Positions 21,561 through 31,537 of a stretch of 64,000 nucleotides of DNA are shown here, in pieces. Position 1 is the first letter of the stretch; every line of letters starts with the position of its first letter. Source of the DNA: Patescibacteria group bacterium (GTDB taxonomy: Bacteria > Patescibacteriota > Microgenomatia > UBA1400 > PJMF01); NCBI GenBank assembly GCA_049322655.1, contig JBMORP010000006.1, positions 13,863-77,862 on the forward strand. The letters run 5' to 3'. The translations under genes were made by a program, and so were the position numbers. Below the pieces are notes generated by a model. That model was given only the letters and a program-made list of their open reading frames with translations, did no database searches and was not told the origin of the DNA.

Positions 21561-24500
21561 CTAGTTTAACAGAATTTTTTCGACTTCTTTGGCTAGATCT
21601 TTTGACCAGGCTACGCCATAAGGAAGCTTCATTCTTTCTGGCTTGCCTCCATTAGGAATAATGATCACGATTCCTGTTTGGCCAGGATTAGCTTTAAGTA
21701 GTTTTCCTAGTTTTTGTAAAGTATCTTTACTAGTCTTTCTAGGAATGAAAATTTCTTGAGAATTTTTATCACTTTCATAGTCAACTTCTTCTTGTTTTGG
21801 GGCAGAAACTTTTTCAACAATTAGTTTTGCTTCGTCTTCTTGAATTTCAACTTTGGCCTTAATCAGAACAACTCCATCTTGAACAATATAGCTTTTATAA
21901 GCGTCATAGGTTTTGGGAAAGAAGACAACTTCAATACTGCCACTATTGTCTTGAAGATTACCAAAAGCCATTTCTGCTGCTGTTTTTTTGGTTTTAACTA
22001 CTTTAATTCTGGTTAAAATTCCACCAAACAGAAAACTTTGATCTTTGTGTAGAAGTTGGTCAATCTCCGCAATATTTTTATTAGATCTACTTTGAACAGC
22101 CTGGAGTTGATCTGCCAGAGGGTGACTGGTTAAGTACATTCCCAGCAGTTCTTTTTCAAAAGAAAGCAGTTCTTTGGTTGGATACTCTGGGAGTTTGGCA
22201 AAACTATCTTGAATACTAGTAGTTGATTGAGAAGTTACATCAGCAAATAAATTATCTTGACCGTCAACTTCTGATTGAAATTGACTGGCAGTTTGTCTAA
22301 TTGCATCCAGATTTTCTAACATGCTAGCTCTAGTGGAAAATTGATCCATAGTGCCAACTTTGATTAAACTTTCGATTACTTTTTTATTAACTTTGCGGCC
22401 ATCTGTTTTGTAAAGAAATTCGGTAAAGGAATTAAATTTACCATCATTATTTTTCCTAGTTTCCAGGATATTATCGATAGCAGCAGTGCCAACATTTTTG
22501 ATACTAGTTAAACTGAATCTGATAGCTTTACCTTCTAGTGAATTTTTGTTTTTTTCAATGGTAAAAGTATCATTTGATTTATTAATGTCAGGAGGCAGAA
22601 CGACAATTCCCATTTCACGACAGGTCTCTACAGCTAAAGCAACTTTTTCATCACTGTTCATGGAGTGAGAGTTTGTCTCAATGGTCATTAAAGCAGCCAT
22701 ATATTCTATTGGATAGTTGGCTTTTAGGTAAGCTGTTTGGTAAGAAATCATGGCATAACTGGCAGCATGAGCTTTGTTGAAACCATAGTTAGCAAAAGCT
22801 TCGATAAAACCCCAAACTTTTTCAGCCACATCTTTTTTATAGCCTTTTTTAACTGACTCAGAGATAAATCTAGCCTTATTCTTATCAAGAATTTTTCTTT
22901 TTTTCTTACCAATTGCTCGACGCAGCATGTCTGCTTCACCCATGGTATAACCTGCCATATGGTGAACAATTTCCAAGACTTGCTCTTGGTAAACCATAAT
23001 GCCATAAGTTTCACCTAAAATTTCTTTTAAAGAGGCATCTGGATAAACCACTTTTTCTGGATTATGTTTGCCTTCAATAAACCTAGGAATCAGATCCATT
23101 GGGCCAGGCCGGTAAAGAGCTAACATAGCAGTAATATCTGAAAATTGATTGGGTTGAAGATTCTTGGCTACTCTTCTCATCCCACCTGACTCTAGTTGAA
23201 AAACACCAGAAGTTTCTCCCGATGAAAGTAGGTCGTAGGTTTTTTTATCATCTAAAGGCAAAGTATCTATATCAAGATCTTTTTGTTGGTATTTCTTGAT
23301 TAAATTAACAGCTGTTTGAATAGTAGATAAGTTTCTTAACCCCAAAAAATCAAACTTCAATAGGCCAATGGCATTATCATCGACATTGCAGTCCAAAGAA
23401 TACATATCATATTGAGTAATCATTTTTCCTGAACGACTATCTCGTTGAATTGGGGTATATTCTGGCAAGGGGGCATCAGCAATAATCACCGCTGCGGCAT
23501 GAACACTACTATGTCTAATGGTTCCTTCAACTCTTTTGGCTAAATCTAGAAGTTTTTTAAATTTGGGTTGCTTATAATATTCACCTAATTCAGGAACAGT
23601 TTTAATAGCTGTCTCTAAGCTAGTTTTTTTTCCAGGATCATTGGGGACCAATTTGGCTACTTTATCTGGATCTTCATAAGGTAGGCCTAAAACTCTCCCA
23701 ATGTCACGAATAGCTACTCTGGCTTCCATTTTTCCGAAAGTAATCACATGACCAACATGATCATGACCATATTTATCTGCTACATAACCAATTACTTCTT
23801 CACGGCGGTCATCAGCAAAATCAATATCAATATCAGGTGGAGTTGGCCGTTCTGGATTTAAAAATCTTTCAAAAGGTAGGCCATGTTCAAGAGGATCCAG
23901 GGTGGTAATGTTTAAGCAGTAAGAAACTAACGAACCAGCCGCCGAACCACGACCAGGACCAACGCCAATTCCTTGAGCTTTAGCCCAGTTGACAAAGTCT
24001 TGAGTAATTAAAAAGTAAGTTGGATAACCTTTTTCGTTAATGATTTCCATTTCATACTCTGCTCTTTTTTTTAGTTCTGGAGTAATTTGGCCAAACTTTT
24101 TTTTCATTCCTTCATAAACCATTTTTTTCAACCAAGTTTCAGCTGTTTCGCCGTTTGGTAATGGATATTTTGGGAAAATTAGTTGGCCAGTAGGAATTTC
24201 TAGGTCACAGCGGTCGGCAATTCTAACGGTATTGGCAATTGCTTCTGGATAATCAGTAAATAGATCTTTCATTGCTGCGGTAGATTTTAGATAGAAATCT
24301 GGATTGTCTTTCATTTTCATTCTTTTTTCGTCAGCTATCAATTTTCTAGTTTGGACACACAGCAGTGCATCTTGAGCTTCTACCTCATCTTGTTCAATAT
24401 AGTGAACATCATTAGTGGCCACTAATTCTAGTTTTAACTTCCTAGCAATTTTGATTAATTTTTTATTAAGTTCTTTAAGTTCTGGGATTGAAGGATGATT

Positions 24501-25025
24501 TTGTAGTTCAATATAAAACCTGTCACCAAAGATTTTTTGATATTTTTTAAATTTGGCTAAAGCTTTTTCATCCTTATTTTCTCTAAGTAATTTATTAAAT
24601 GGACTATTCATACAGCCACTTAACACAATCAAACCTTCACTGTGCTGTTCCAAGACTTCTTCATCTATCCTGGGTTTATAAGAAAATCCTTCCAAGTTGC
24701 CAATCGAGACTAACTTCATTAAGTTTTTGTAACCAGTAATATTTTGAGCTATCACTGTTAGGTGTGCTTGATCAGATCCTGGTTTTACTTGTTTATCATG
24801 ACGAGATTTTTTAGCAATATATAGTTCACAACCAATAATTGGTTTGATTTCAGCTGCTTTGCAAGCGTTATAAAAAGCGATCGTACCGTACATCCCACCA
24901 TGGTCAGTAATGGCAATGGCTTGTTGATTAAGTTCTTTGACCTTATCAATTAATTTAGGAATCTTAGATAATCCATCCAGCATGGAATATTCAGTGTGAA
25001 CATGAAGATGTACAAAATCAGACAT
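21561..25025 (-). CDS. dnaE: DNA polymerase III alpha subunit
   Basis: HLHVHTEYS PHP domain, GPGRGSAAGS, PDIDIDF, KFDFLGL, YGFNKAH. Confidence 0.98.
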   Translation of the reverse strand: MSDFVHLHVHTEYSMLDGLSKIPKLIDKVKELNQQAIAITDHGGMYGTIAFYNACKAAEIKPIIGCELYIAKKSRHDKQVKPGSDQAHLTVIAQNITGYKNLMKLVSIGNLEGFSYKPRIDEEVLEQHSEGLIVLSGCMNSPFNKLLRENKDEKALAKFKKYQKIFGDRFYIELQNHPSIPELKELNKKLIKIARKLKLELVATNDVHYIEQDEVEAQDALLCVQTRKLIADEKRMKMKDNPDFYLKSTAAMKDLFTDYPEAIANTVRIADRCDLEIPTGQLIFPKYPLPNGETAETWLKKMVYEGMKKKFGQITPELKKRAEYEMEIINEKGYPTYFLITQDFVNWAKAQGIGVGPGRGSAAGSLVSYCLNITTLDPLEHGLPFERFLNPERPTPPDIDIDFADDRREEVIGYVADKYGHDHVGHVITFGKMEARVAIRDIGRVLGLPYEDPDKVAKLVPNDPGKKTSLETAIKTVPELGEYYKQPKFKKLLDLAKRVEGTIRHSSVHAAAVIIADAPLPEYTPIQRDSRSGKMITQYDMYSLDCNVDDNAIGLLKFDFLGLRNLSTIQTAVNLIKKYQQKDLDIDTLPLDDKKTYDLLSSGETSGVFQLESGGMRRVAKNLQPNQFSDITAMLALYRPGPMDLIPRFIEGKHNPEKVVYPDASLKEILGETYGIMVYQEQVLEIVHHMAGYTMGEADMLRRAIGKKKRKILDKNKARFISESVKKGYKKDVAEKVWGFIEAFANYGFNKAHAASYAMISYQTAYLKANYPIEYMAALMTIETNSHSMNSDEKVALAVETCREMGIVVLPPDINKSNDTFTIEKNKNSLEGKAIRFSLTSIKNVGTAAIDNILETRKNNDGKFNSFTEFLYKTDGRKVNKKVIESLIKVGTMDQFSTRASMLENLDAIRQTASQFQSEVDGQDNLFADVTSQSTTSIQDSFAKLPEYPTKELLSFEKELLGMYLTSHPLADQLQAVQSRSNKNIAEIDQLLHKDQSFLFGGILTRIKVVKTKKTAAEMAFGNLQDNSGSIEVVFFPKTYDAYKSYIVQDGVVLIKAKVEIQEDEAKLIVEKVSAPKQEEVDYESDKNSQEIFIPRKTSKDTLQKLGKLLKANPGQTGIVIIIPNGGKPERMKLPYGVAWSKDLAKEVEKILLN

Positions 25026-25051
25026 TTAGCTCGACTATCCCACAGAAAAAA

Positions 25052-26395
25052 CTAGCTTTCAAGAGCGGTTTGAATAGTCTGCCTGATGGTTTGAGGATCA
25101 ACCTTTTTGCCAAGTGACTTCAGCACCTGCCCCATCAAGAAACCGATGACTTGTTTTTGACCACTTTTATATTTGGTCACAGCATCATTATTTTCCATGA
25201 ATACTTTTTCAACTACTTTACTTAGCTCTTGTTCGGTGATAGTTTCAGTTTGGTGAAGTTGCTCAAAGCGATGAATAACTTCATCAGGATTAGCCAAAGT
25301 TTCGACTTTAATTTTTTTATTTAGGTAGTCATTGATAAATAAAACCAAATCAAGTTTTTTAGTTTGGAGTTTTTCCAAAATCTCAGCTAACCAAGAAATT
25401 TCTGAAGTACTTTCGACATTGGTTAATGCTTGAACTTTTTCAATTGGTAATGCAAATTTATGGGCCCAGTCAGCAGCAATTTTATCTGGTAAAATCGGTA
25501 CCGTTTGGTTGATTTTTTCTAGATATTCAGCCGTAAAGTGAAGTGGAGGTAAATCTGGATCAGGAAAATAACGATAGTCTTCTGCTTCTTCTTTAGTTCT
25601 TTGAGAAAAAGTTTGATTTTTGTCAGCATTCCAACCTCTCGTTTCTTGAGTTGGAGTTTGACCTGTTTCTAGGATTTCGGCTTGTCTATTTAGTTCATAG
25701 TCAATCGCTGCTTCTAAGAACCTAAAAGAATTAATGTTTTTGACCTCAACTTTGTAATTTGGTAGCTGGGTTACTCCAATTTTTCTTAAAGAAATATTGG
25801 CTTCTAATCTCATGCCACCTTGTTCCATATCACAGTCAGCTACATCAAGAAATCTCAAAACTTGGCGCAGTTTTTTGCCGTATTCTTTGGCTTGAGCACC
25901 ATTTTTAATATCTGGTTCAGTTACGACTTCAACCAAAGGTACTCCACCACGGTTGAAGTCGATTAAACTAACCTTTTTACCATTGATAGTAGTATGCATT
26001 AACTTACCAGTATCTTCTTCTAAGTGGATTCTAGTTAGTCCAACTCTACCTTGTGATGTTTCCAGATAGCCTTGATAACAAAATGGCAAATCATATTGAC
26101 TGATTTGATAACCTTTAGCCAGATCTGGGTAAAAATAATGTTTGCGATCAAATTTAGAGAAGTTATTGATTTTACAATTAGTAGCAAGACCAATTTTAAT
26201 CGTCCATTCAATCGCTTTTTTGTTAGCTACAGGTAAACCACCAGGCATACCCAAACAGACTGGACAAGTATAAATATTGGGTTTTGCTGCACCAAATGGA
26301 TCGTTTTTACAACCACAAAACATTTTTGAAGTAGTTTTTAATTCAGCATGAACTTCCAAGCCAATTACTGCTTCATATTTCTTTTGCCAGTTCAT
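25052..26395 (-). CDS. gatB: Asp/Glu-tRNA amidotransferase subunit B
   Basis: IGLEVHAEL, RKHYFYPDLAKGYQISQ, DYRYFPDPDL. Confidence 0.97.
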   Translation of the reverse strand: MNWQKKYEAVIGLEVHAELKTTSKMFCGCKNDPFGAAKPNIYTCPVCLGMPGGLPVANKKAIEWTIKIGLATNCKINNFSKFDRKHYFYPDLAKGYQISQYDLPFCYQGYLETSQGRVGLTRIHLEEDTGKLMHTTINGKKVSLIDFNRGGVPLVEVVTEPDIKNGAQAKEYGKKLRQVLRFLDVADCDMEQGGMRLEANISLRKIGVTQLPNYKVEVKNINSFRFLEAAIDYELNRQAEILETGQTPTQETRGWNADKNQTFSQRTKEEAEDYRYFPDPDLPPLHFTAEYLEKINQTVPILPDKIAADWAHKFALPIEKVQALTNVESTSEISWLAEILEKLQTKKLDLVLFINDYLNKKIKVETLANPDEVIHRFEQLHQTETITEQELSKVVEKVFMENNDAVTKYKSGQKQVIGFLMGQVLKSLGKKVDPQTIRQTIQTALES

Positions 26396-27774
26396 GATTG
26401 TTGCCTCCAGGTATTCCAGTTAGTGTTTTTTTCAAAAGCATCAGCGGCTTGAATGAGTAAATCCTCACGCCACATTGGAGCCATGATATTCATCCCCAAG
26501 AAAAGGTTGGTTTTTTCATCACGATAATAAGGGATATTGATTCCTGGTAGTCCAGCAATTGAGCTAGCTTCAACCAGCATATCTTCTAGCTCGCCAAACA
26601 TAGCTTGACCTTCGGTTACGCCGATTTTTTTGGCAAATCCAGGTGAGGTTGGAGCTATTAGCAAATCATATTTATCAAAGAGTTTGCTGAGATCATTAAT
26701 AAATAAAGTTCTAACTTTTTGAGCTAGTTCGTAATATTTTTCAGCATAACCTTTACTCAAAGTATAAGTGCCCAACATTTGTCTTCTTTTGGCTTCAGCA
26801 CCGAAAAAAGAACGATCATTTTTATAGCGAACACCACTGTAACGAGCTAGATTACTGCTCACTTCTCCACGCTGAACAACGGTGTAAACACCGATCGCAT
26901 AATGTGGATCCATAGCTTGAGCTTTTTCAACAGTCACCCCCAAAGACTCAAGCACGGCAAGTTGCTCTAATAATTTTTCATTAGCAAACTCAACGCCTTT
27001 GATGTCTTGATAGATCACACCTATTTTCAAACCTTTAACAGAAGTGTTAAGCGATTGAGTTAAGTCTTGAGGTGTTTGAGCAGAAGAGGTGCCATCAAGA
27101 GGATCATGACCAGCTATTAGATTGAACATAAGAGCAGCATCTTCAACTGTTTTAGTAATTGGTCCGGGACTGTCAGTAGAAGAGGCCATGGCAGCTACTC
27201 CATAACGACTAACTCGACCATAAGTTGGTTTCAGACCGACTGTACCACACCAGGCTGAAGGTTGTCTGATCGAACCAGCTGTTTCACTCCCAATCGAGGC
27301 AATAGCTAGATCTGCAGCAATTGCCGCGGCGCTACCACCAGATGAGCCACCTGGTAAGTGAGCAGTGTTTCTGGGATTAAGGGTTCTACCAAAATCACTG
27401 GTTTCAGTCGAAGAACCATGAGCCCAAGCATCAAGATTGGTTTTACCGATGATTACTCCCCCACCATCTTTAATTTTTTTGGTAACTGTTGATTCAAATT
27501 GAGGAATAAAGTTTTCTAGAACTTTAGATGAAGCAGTCGTTCTAAAATCTTTAGTGCAAAAATTGTCTTTAATTGCAATTGGGACGCCAGCTAGCGGGGT
27601 GTTTAAGAGCTTTTCTGCTTTATTTAAAGCTTGGTCATCTAGATTAAGGTAAATATTTAGTTGCTTATTTTGTTCATCAATAGCTTGTTGAATATCCTGA
27701 TAAAGTTCTCGATGAGAGAATTTTTTATTTTTCAAATCTCTGATAGTTTGGGCCAAAGTTAGCTTGTTCAACAT
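26392..27774 (-). CDS. gatA: Asp/Glu-tRNA amidotransferase subunit A
   Basis: PGGSSGGSAAA amidase signature, GLKPTYGRVSRYG. Confidence 0.96.
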   Translation of the reverse strand: MLNKLTLAQTIRDLKNKKFSHRELYQDIQQAIDEQNKQLNIYLNLDDQALNKAEKLLNTPLAGVPIAIKDNFCTKDFRTTASSKVLENFIPQFESTVTKKIKDGGGVIIGKTNLDAWAHGSSTETSDFGRTLNPRNTAHLPGGSSGGSAAAIAADLAIASIGSETAGSIRQPSAWCGTVGLKPTYGRVSRYGVAAMASSTDSPGPITKTVEDAALMFNLIAGHDPLDGTSSAQTPQDLTQSLNTSVKGLKIGVIYQDIKGVEFANEKLLEQLAVLESLGVTVEKAQAMDPHYAIGVYTVVQRGEVSSNLARYSGVRYKNDRSFFGAEAKRRQMLGTYTLSKGYAEKYYELAQKVRTLFINDLSKLFDKYDLLIAPTSPGFAKKIGVTEGQAMFGELEDMLVEASSIAGLPGINIPYYRDEKTNLFLGMNIMAPMWREDLLIQAADAFEKNTNWNTWRQQS

Positions 27775-27776
27775 AT

Positions 27777-28052
27777 CTAGTCGACCATTTTTTCTGTTTT
27801 GCTTATTTCTTTGAGTTTCTTTTTATTTTTAATAAAAGAGATAAAGCTGTAAATTAAAGTAGCAAGAAATGAAAGCACATAAATCAGACCAACTGAAACG
27901 GCATATTTTTGAGAAACACCAGTCATATTCAGAAATATAAAAATGCTAAATACAATCAGTTGTAAGAGAATTGCTTCTAAAGCTGTAGCAATTCTTTCCT
28001 TTCTTAGTTGGTCAATTAAGAATTTTTTATCTTCAATAGATAGTTTAGGCAT
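27777..28052 (-). CDS. Small 2-TM hypothetical membrane protein
   Basis: Two hydrophobic stretches; tightly packed between gatC and gatA. Confidence 0.7.
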   Translation of the reverse strand: MPKLSIEDKKFLIDQLRKERIATALEAILLQLIVFSIFIFLNMTGVSQKYAVSVGLIYVLSFLATLIYSFISFIKNKKKLKEISKTEKMVD

Positions 28053-28359
28053 CTTTTTCCTCCAAAATTCTGGGTACTACAAAATATCCGTTATGAGTTT
28101 GCTGAGCATTAGCTAAAGCTTCTTGCTGAGTAAATGTGGTTTGTTGGTTGATTTCATCTTCACGCCAAACATTCTCTAAACCAGTGACTTGATGAGTGGT
28201 TGGCACATTTTTAACATCCAAAGTTGCTAGTTCATCAACAACAACCAAAGTTTCCTCAAAGGCTTTGGCCAAGGCTGTTTCTTCTTGTTCAGAAATTGGA
28301 ATATTAGCTAATTGAGCAATATGAGCAACAGTTTGAGTTTTAATAACAGTTTTTTTCAC
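28045..28359 (-). CDS. gatC: Asp/Glu-tRNA amidotransferase subunit C
   Basis: VAHIAQLANI, NVWREDE, ALANA…GYFVVPRI. Confidence 0.92.
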   Translation of the reverse strand: MKKTVIKTQTVAHIAQLANIPISEQEETALAKAFEETLVVVDELATLDVKNVPTTHQVTGLENVWREDEINQQTTFTQQEALANAQQTHNGYFVVPRILEEKDA

Positions 28360-28407
28360 ATCTGGAAGTATAACAGAATGGAGATTTTTTTTCAGATTTA
28401 AAAACCC

Positions 28408-29322
28408 TTAGTGAGTAATGTTTTTAAGAGCAGTAATTCTTTCTGATAAGGGTGGATGAGTAGCAAACAATTTAGCAAACATCCCCACCCCTCCATGAAG
28501 ATTTTTTAGTGGATTCGTAATGTACAGATGAGCAGTGGCTTTATTGGCTGCCTCTAGTGGTTCTCTATCACTACCCAATTTTTCTAGAGCACTGATCATT
28601 CCAGCAGGGTTTCTGGTCATGGCCACTGCTGAAGCATCAGCTAAAAACTCTCTTTTTCTTGAAATGGCTAACTGAATCAACTTAGCAATTAAAGGTGAAA
28701 GTAAGGCTAACACCATTCCTACCACAAATAAAATTAGTTGGATCTGACCATCCCCTTCTCTATTTTCTCTTTTTCTACTTCCTCCCCAATAAGTCATTCT
28801 TAAGGCCCAATCTGCCAATAAGGAAATAAAACCGACTAAAACCGTAACGAGAGACATCAAACGAATATCATAGTTTTTAATGTGAGCTAATTCATGAGCG
28901 ATTACGCCCTCTACTTCACGACGGTTCATTCTAGAGAGCAAACCAGTGGTGGCGCAAATAACTGCATGTTGAGGATCTCGACCAGTCGCAAAAGCATTCA
29001 TTGCCGAGTCATCAATCACATAAAGTTTTGGTAAAGGTAGTTTTTGGCTATGGCTTAAATTTTCAGCTACTGTATAAAAATCAAAAAACTCACTTCTGGT
29101 TGCCTCTCTGGCTCCAGATAAAGTCAAGATGATTTTATCTGAAAAATAATAACTGCCAAAACTAGTTAGTCCAGCCAAGATTAATGCCATTCCAACTAAA
29201 TCTAGTCCATAACCCAATCCTTCAACCATTAAATGAGCGGCTGCCACAACAAAAACAATGAAGCCTAGGATAACAAACAAAGATTTAGCTTTATTACTAG
29301 TAACAAGCTGGTAATGTGTCAT
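28408..29322 (-). CDS. htpX: M48 zinc metalloprotease HtpX
   Basis: NAFATG, HELAH, SRKREFLAD, THPP. Confidence 0.93.
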   Translation of the reverse strand: MTHYQLVTSNKAKSLFVILGFIVFVVAAAHLMVEGLGYGLDLVGMALILAGLTSFGSYYFSDKIILTLSGAREATRSEFFDFYTVAENLSHSQKLPLPKLYVIDDSAMNAFATGRDPQHAVICATTGLLSRMNRREVEGVIAHELAHIKNYDIRLMSLVTVLVGFISLLADWALRMTYWGGSRKRENREGDGQIQLILFVVGMVLALLSPLIAKLIQLAISRKREFLADASAVAMTRNPAGMISALEKLGSDREPLEAANKATAHLYITNPLKNLHGGVGMFAKLFATHPPLSERITALKNITH

Positions 29323-29326
29323 AGCT

Positions 29327-29908
29327 TTAATCTAAAGAAACTTTATGATCTTTGGTTTCTGTATCACTCACAGCCAAATGAGAGCCTGAAGTGGCTGTTT
29401 CTAAACCTTTTTCTGACTTGAAACCGAATAAACCAGCAACGACATTAGATGGGAAAACCACTAGTTTCTGGTTAAAAGTTTGTGTTAAATCGATGACTGT
29501 TCTTCTAGCATAAGTAAGTTTATCAGCAGTATCAGTTAATTCATCCATAAACTTACTAACAGTGCCATCAGCTTTTATTTCTGGATTATCTTCAACAGCA
29601 ACCTGAATCTTTGGGATTAATGCTTGAACTGAAGCTAAAGCTTTTTCTAAATCGGCCGCTTTGCCAGTTTTGTCGGCTGTTTCAGCAGCTTTTCTGGCAT
29701 CAGTTAACATTTGAAAAATACCTTTTTCATGTTTTAAATAGCCTTTAACCGCTGTTTCTAGATTGGGAATCAAGTTAGCTTGTCTTTTCAATTGATTACC
29801 AATTTCTTGAATACTGGCATGAATTTGAGTTTTCAAGGTTTGCAGAGAATTGTAAACACCAATAATGTAGAAGATTACTACACCAGCTATAACGATAAAA
29901 ATTAACAT
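29327..29908 (-). CDS. lemA: LemA family protein
   Basis: N-terminal TM-YN, QLKRQANLIPNL, FPSNVVAG; canonical lemA-htpX pair. Confidence 0.92.
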   Translation of the reverse strand: MLIFIVIAGVVIFYIIGVYNSLQTLKTQIHASIQEIGNQLKRQANLIPNLETAVKGYLKHEKGIFQMLTDARKAAETADKTGKAADLEKALASVQALIPKIQVAVEDNPEIKADGTVSKFMDELTDTADKLTYARRTVIDLTQTFNQKLVVFPSNVVAGLFGFKSEKGLETATSGSHLAVSDTETKDHKVSLD

Positions 29909-30042
29909 ATCAGTCCTTTGGTCAAATAACTACTGGGGATAGTATAGCAAATTAGTTAATTTTTGTTGGAACTTGAATTTACTTACAAAATTAGAATTAT
30001 TTGCTATAATTACGGTTCTGTTCTTTTAACATCAAGTCAAGT

Positions 30043-30115
30043 GGGCCCGTGGTGTAGTGGTTAACATGCTTCCCTGTCACGGAAGAGATCGCCAGTTCGA
30101 TCCTGGTCGGGCTCG
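30043..30115 (+). tRNA. tRNA-Asp(GTC)
   Basis: Cloverleaf; anticodon arm CTTCC-CTGTCAC-GGAAG; GTTCGA T-loop; no encoded CCA. Confidence 0.95.
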
Positions 30116-30123
30116 CAGGTATG

Positions 30124-30151
30124 AAAAAATCTCCATTCTGGAGATTTTTTT
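30124..30151 (+). terminator. Terminator after tRNA-Asp
   Basis: AAAAAATCTCCA-TTC-TGGAGATTTTTTT. Confidence 0.8.
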
Positions 30152-30232
30152 GTAGCTACAGCTCATAATAAAGGCAACCTTGGTGGGTTGGTTAATCTTC
30201 ATATTTTATTGCTAAAATTAGACCTATAATAT

Positions 30233-30261
30233 TTGACAAATAAGTTATATTCAATTATAAT
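30233..30261 (+). promoter_or_regulatory. Consensus sigma70 promoter
   Basis: TTGACA (30233-38), 17-nt spacer, TATAAT (30256-61). Confidence 0.85.
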
Positions 30262-30422
30262 TGTTGGTATATAAAACTTAGTGTACTGCACACTGCTGTT
30301 TTAAAATAAAAGGTAAGCAATTTATTTGCTTTCTTTCTTGAGTAAGGGCATTCATTTTAGGTATTGGTCAAGCTGATACTTAAATTGAATGCCATTATCA
30401 TTCTGAAAGGAGGTGAAATGTA

Positions 30423-30548
30423 ATGGCTACTTGTCAGCATTCTTGGTATACCAAGTCATATTTTCCGCACAGATTTTTGTTCTGGCGGTACATTTGGCAA
30501 AAGTGTACTAAATGCAATGCTTGGAGAATCAAACGATACTCTAAGTAA
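30423..30548 (+). CDS. 41-aa basic/aromatic mini-protein with CxH…CxxC motif (not in the ORF track)
   Basis: MATCQHSWYTKSYFPHRFLFWRYIWQKCTKCNAWRIKRYSK; strong SD AAAGGAGGTG upstream, own promoter and terminator. Confidence 0.75.
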   Translation: MATCQHSWYTKSYFPHRFLFWRYIWQKCTKCNAWRIKRYSK

Positions 30549-30551
30549 AAA

Positions 30552-30580
30552 AAGAGCCGTCTCGGAAGGGACGGCTTTTC
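30552..30580 (+). terminator. Terminator after the mini-protein gene
   Basis: AGCCGTCTC-GGAA-GGGACGGCT followed by TTT. Confidence 0.75.
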
Positions 30581-30595
30581 TGGTATACTTACCAG

Positions 30596-31534
30596 ATGAA
30601 AACTGTGCTGAAAGTAGCTGATCTCACCAAGATCTATCCACCAGAAAAAAAAGGTGGCAAGTCTTTTACTGCTTTGGACGGTGTATCTTTTGAGTTAAAA
30701 GCAGGAGAAATCTTAGGTTTATTAGGTCCCAATGGGGCTGGTAAATCTACTACTATCTCGATTTTACTGGGTAACTTATCGGCAAATTCTGGAACAGTTG
30801 AGTATTTTGGTAAAGAATTTAACCAACATCGTAGTGAGATTTTGGATCAAGTCACTTTTGCTAGCACCTATATCAAAATGCCATGGAGACTTTCGGTCAT
30901 GGAAAACCTTCGGGTCTACTCTCTTTTATACGGTGTGGAGAAAAAGGTTTTCTTGGAGAGAGCAGAAAAATTTTTAAAGTTTTTTGAGGTTTGGTCACAA
31001 AGAGACAAAACCATGAATAATTTATCTGCTGGTCAGATTACCAGAATTATGTTGGCTAAAGCCTTTATTCCCCATCCTAAAATAGTGTTATTGGATGAGC
31101 CAACTGCTTCTTTGGATCCAGATATTGCCCATCAAGTCAGAGACTTTATTAAGCAACAACAGGGCAAGTTTAATACCAGTATTTTATATACCTCTCACAA
31201 TATGGACGAAGTAGCTGATGTCTGTGATCAAGTAATGTTTCTTAAAAATGGCAAGATTATTGCTCACGACAAGCCAGAGAACTTAGCTCAATCAGTCTCG
31301 GTGGCCAAAATGACCTTGAGGATTAAAGATGGATTAAAAAGGGTGAATCGATTCTCCAAAGAGCAAAACTTGAAAATAGAAGTAGTTGATCGAGATGCCA
31401 TGATCGAAATAGATGAACAAGAAGTAGCTGGTTTTTTGGCTTTATTGGCTAGTGAGGATATTACTTACTCACAAATCAGTATCGATAAACCCACTTTAGA
31501 AGACTATTTTTTGACCATTGGTGGTAAGAAATAA
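30596..31534 (+). CDS. ABC-2 type transporter ATP-binding protein
   Basis: GPNGAGKST, LSAGQ signature, LLDEPT. Confidence 0.95.
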   Translation: MKTVLKVADLTKIYPPEKKGGKSFTALDGVSFELKAGEILGLLGPNGAGKSTTISILLGNLSANSGTVEYFGKEFNQHRSEILDQVTFASTYIKMPWRLSVMENLRVYSLLYGVEKKVFLERAEKFLKFFEVWSQRDKTMNNLSAGQITRIMLAKAFIPHPKIVLLDEPTASLDPDIAHQVRDFIKQQQGKFNTSILYTSHNMDEVADVCDQVMFLKNGKIIAHDKPENLAQSVSVAKMTLRIKDGLKRVNRFSKEQNLKIEVVDRDAMIEIDEQEVAGFLALLASEDITYSQISIDKPTLEDYFLTIGGKK

Positions 31535-31537
31535 AAG

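Noticed and set aside
21561-25025. Possible intein in dnaE
   Set aside because: Normal length; no intein splice or LAGLIDADG motifs
28374-30140. 17-bp inverted match CAGAATGGAGATTTTTT / AAAAAATCTCCATTCTG flanking htpX-lemA-tRNA-Asp
   Set aside because: One copy is part of an ordinary terminator, about a third of the match is homopolymer, and there is no recombinase or target duplication nearby
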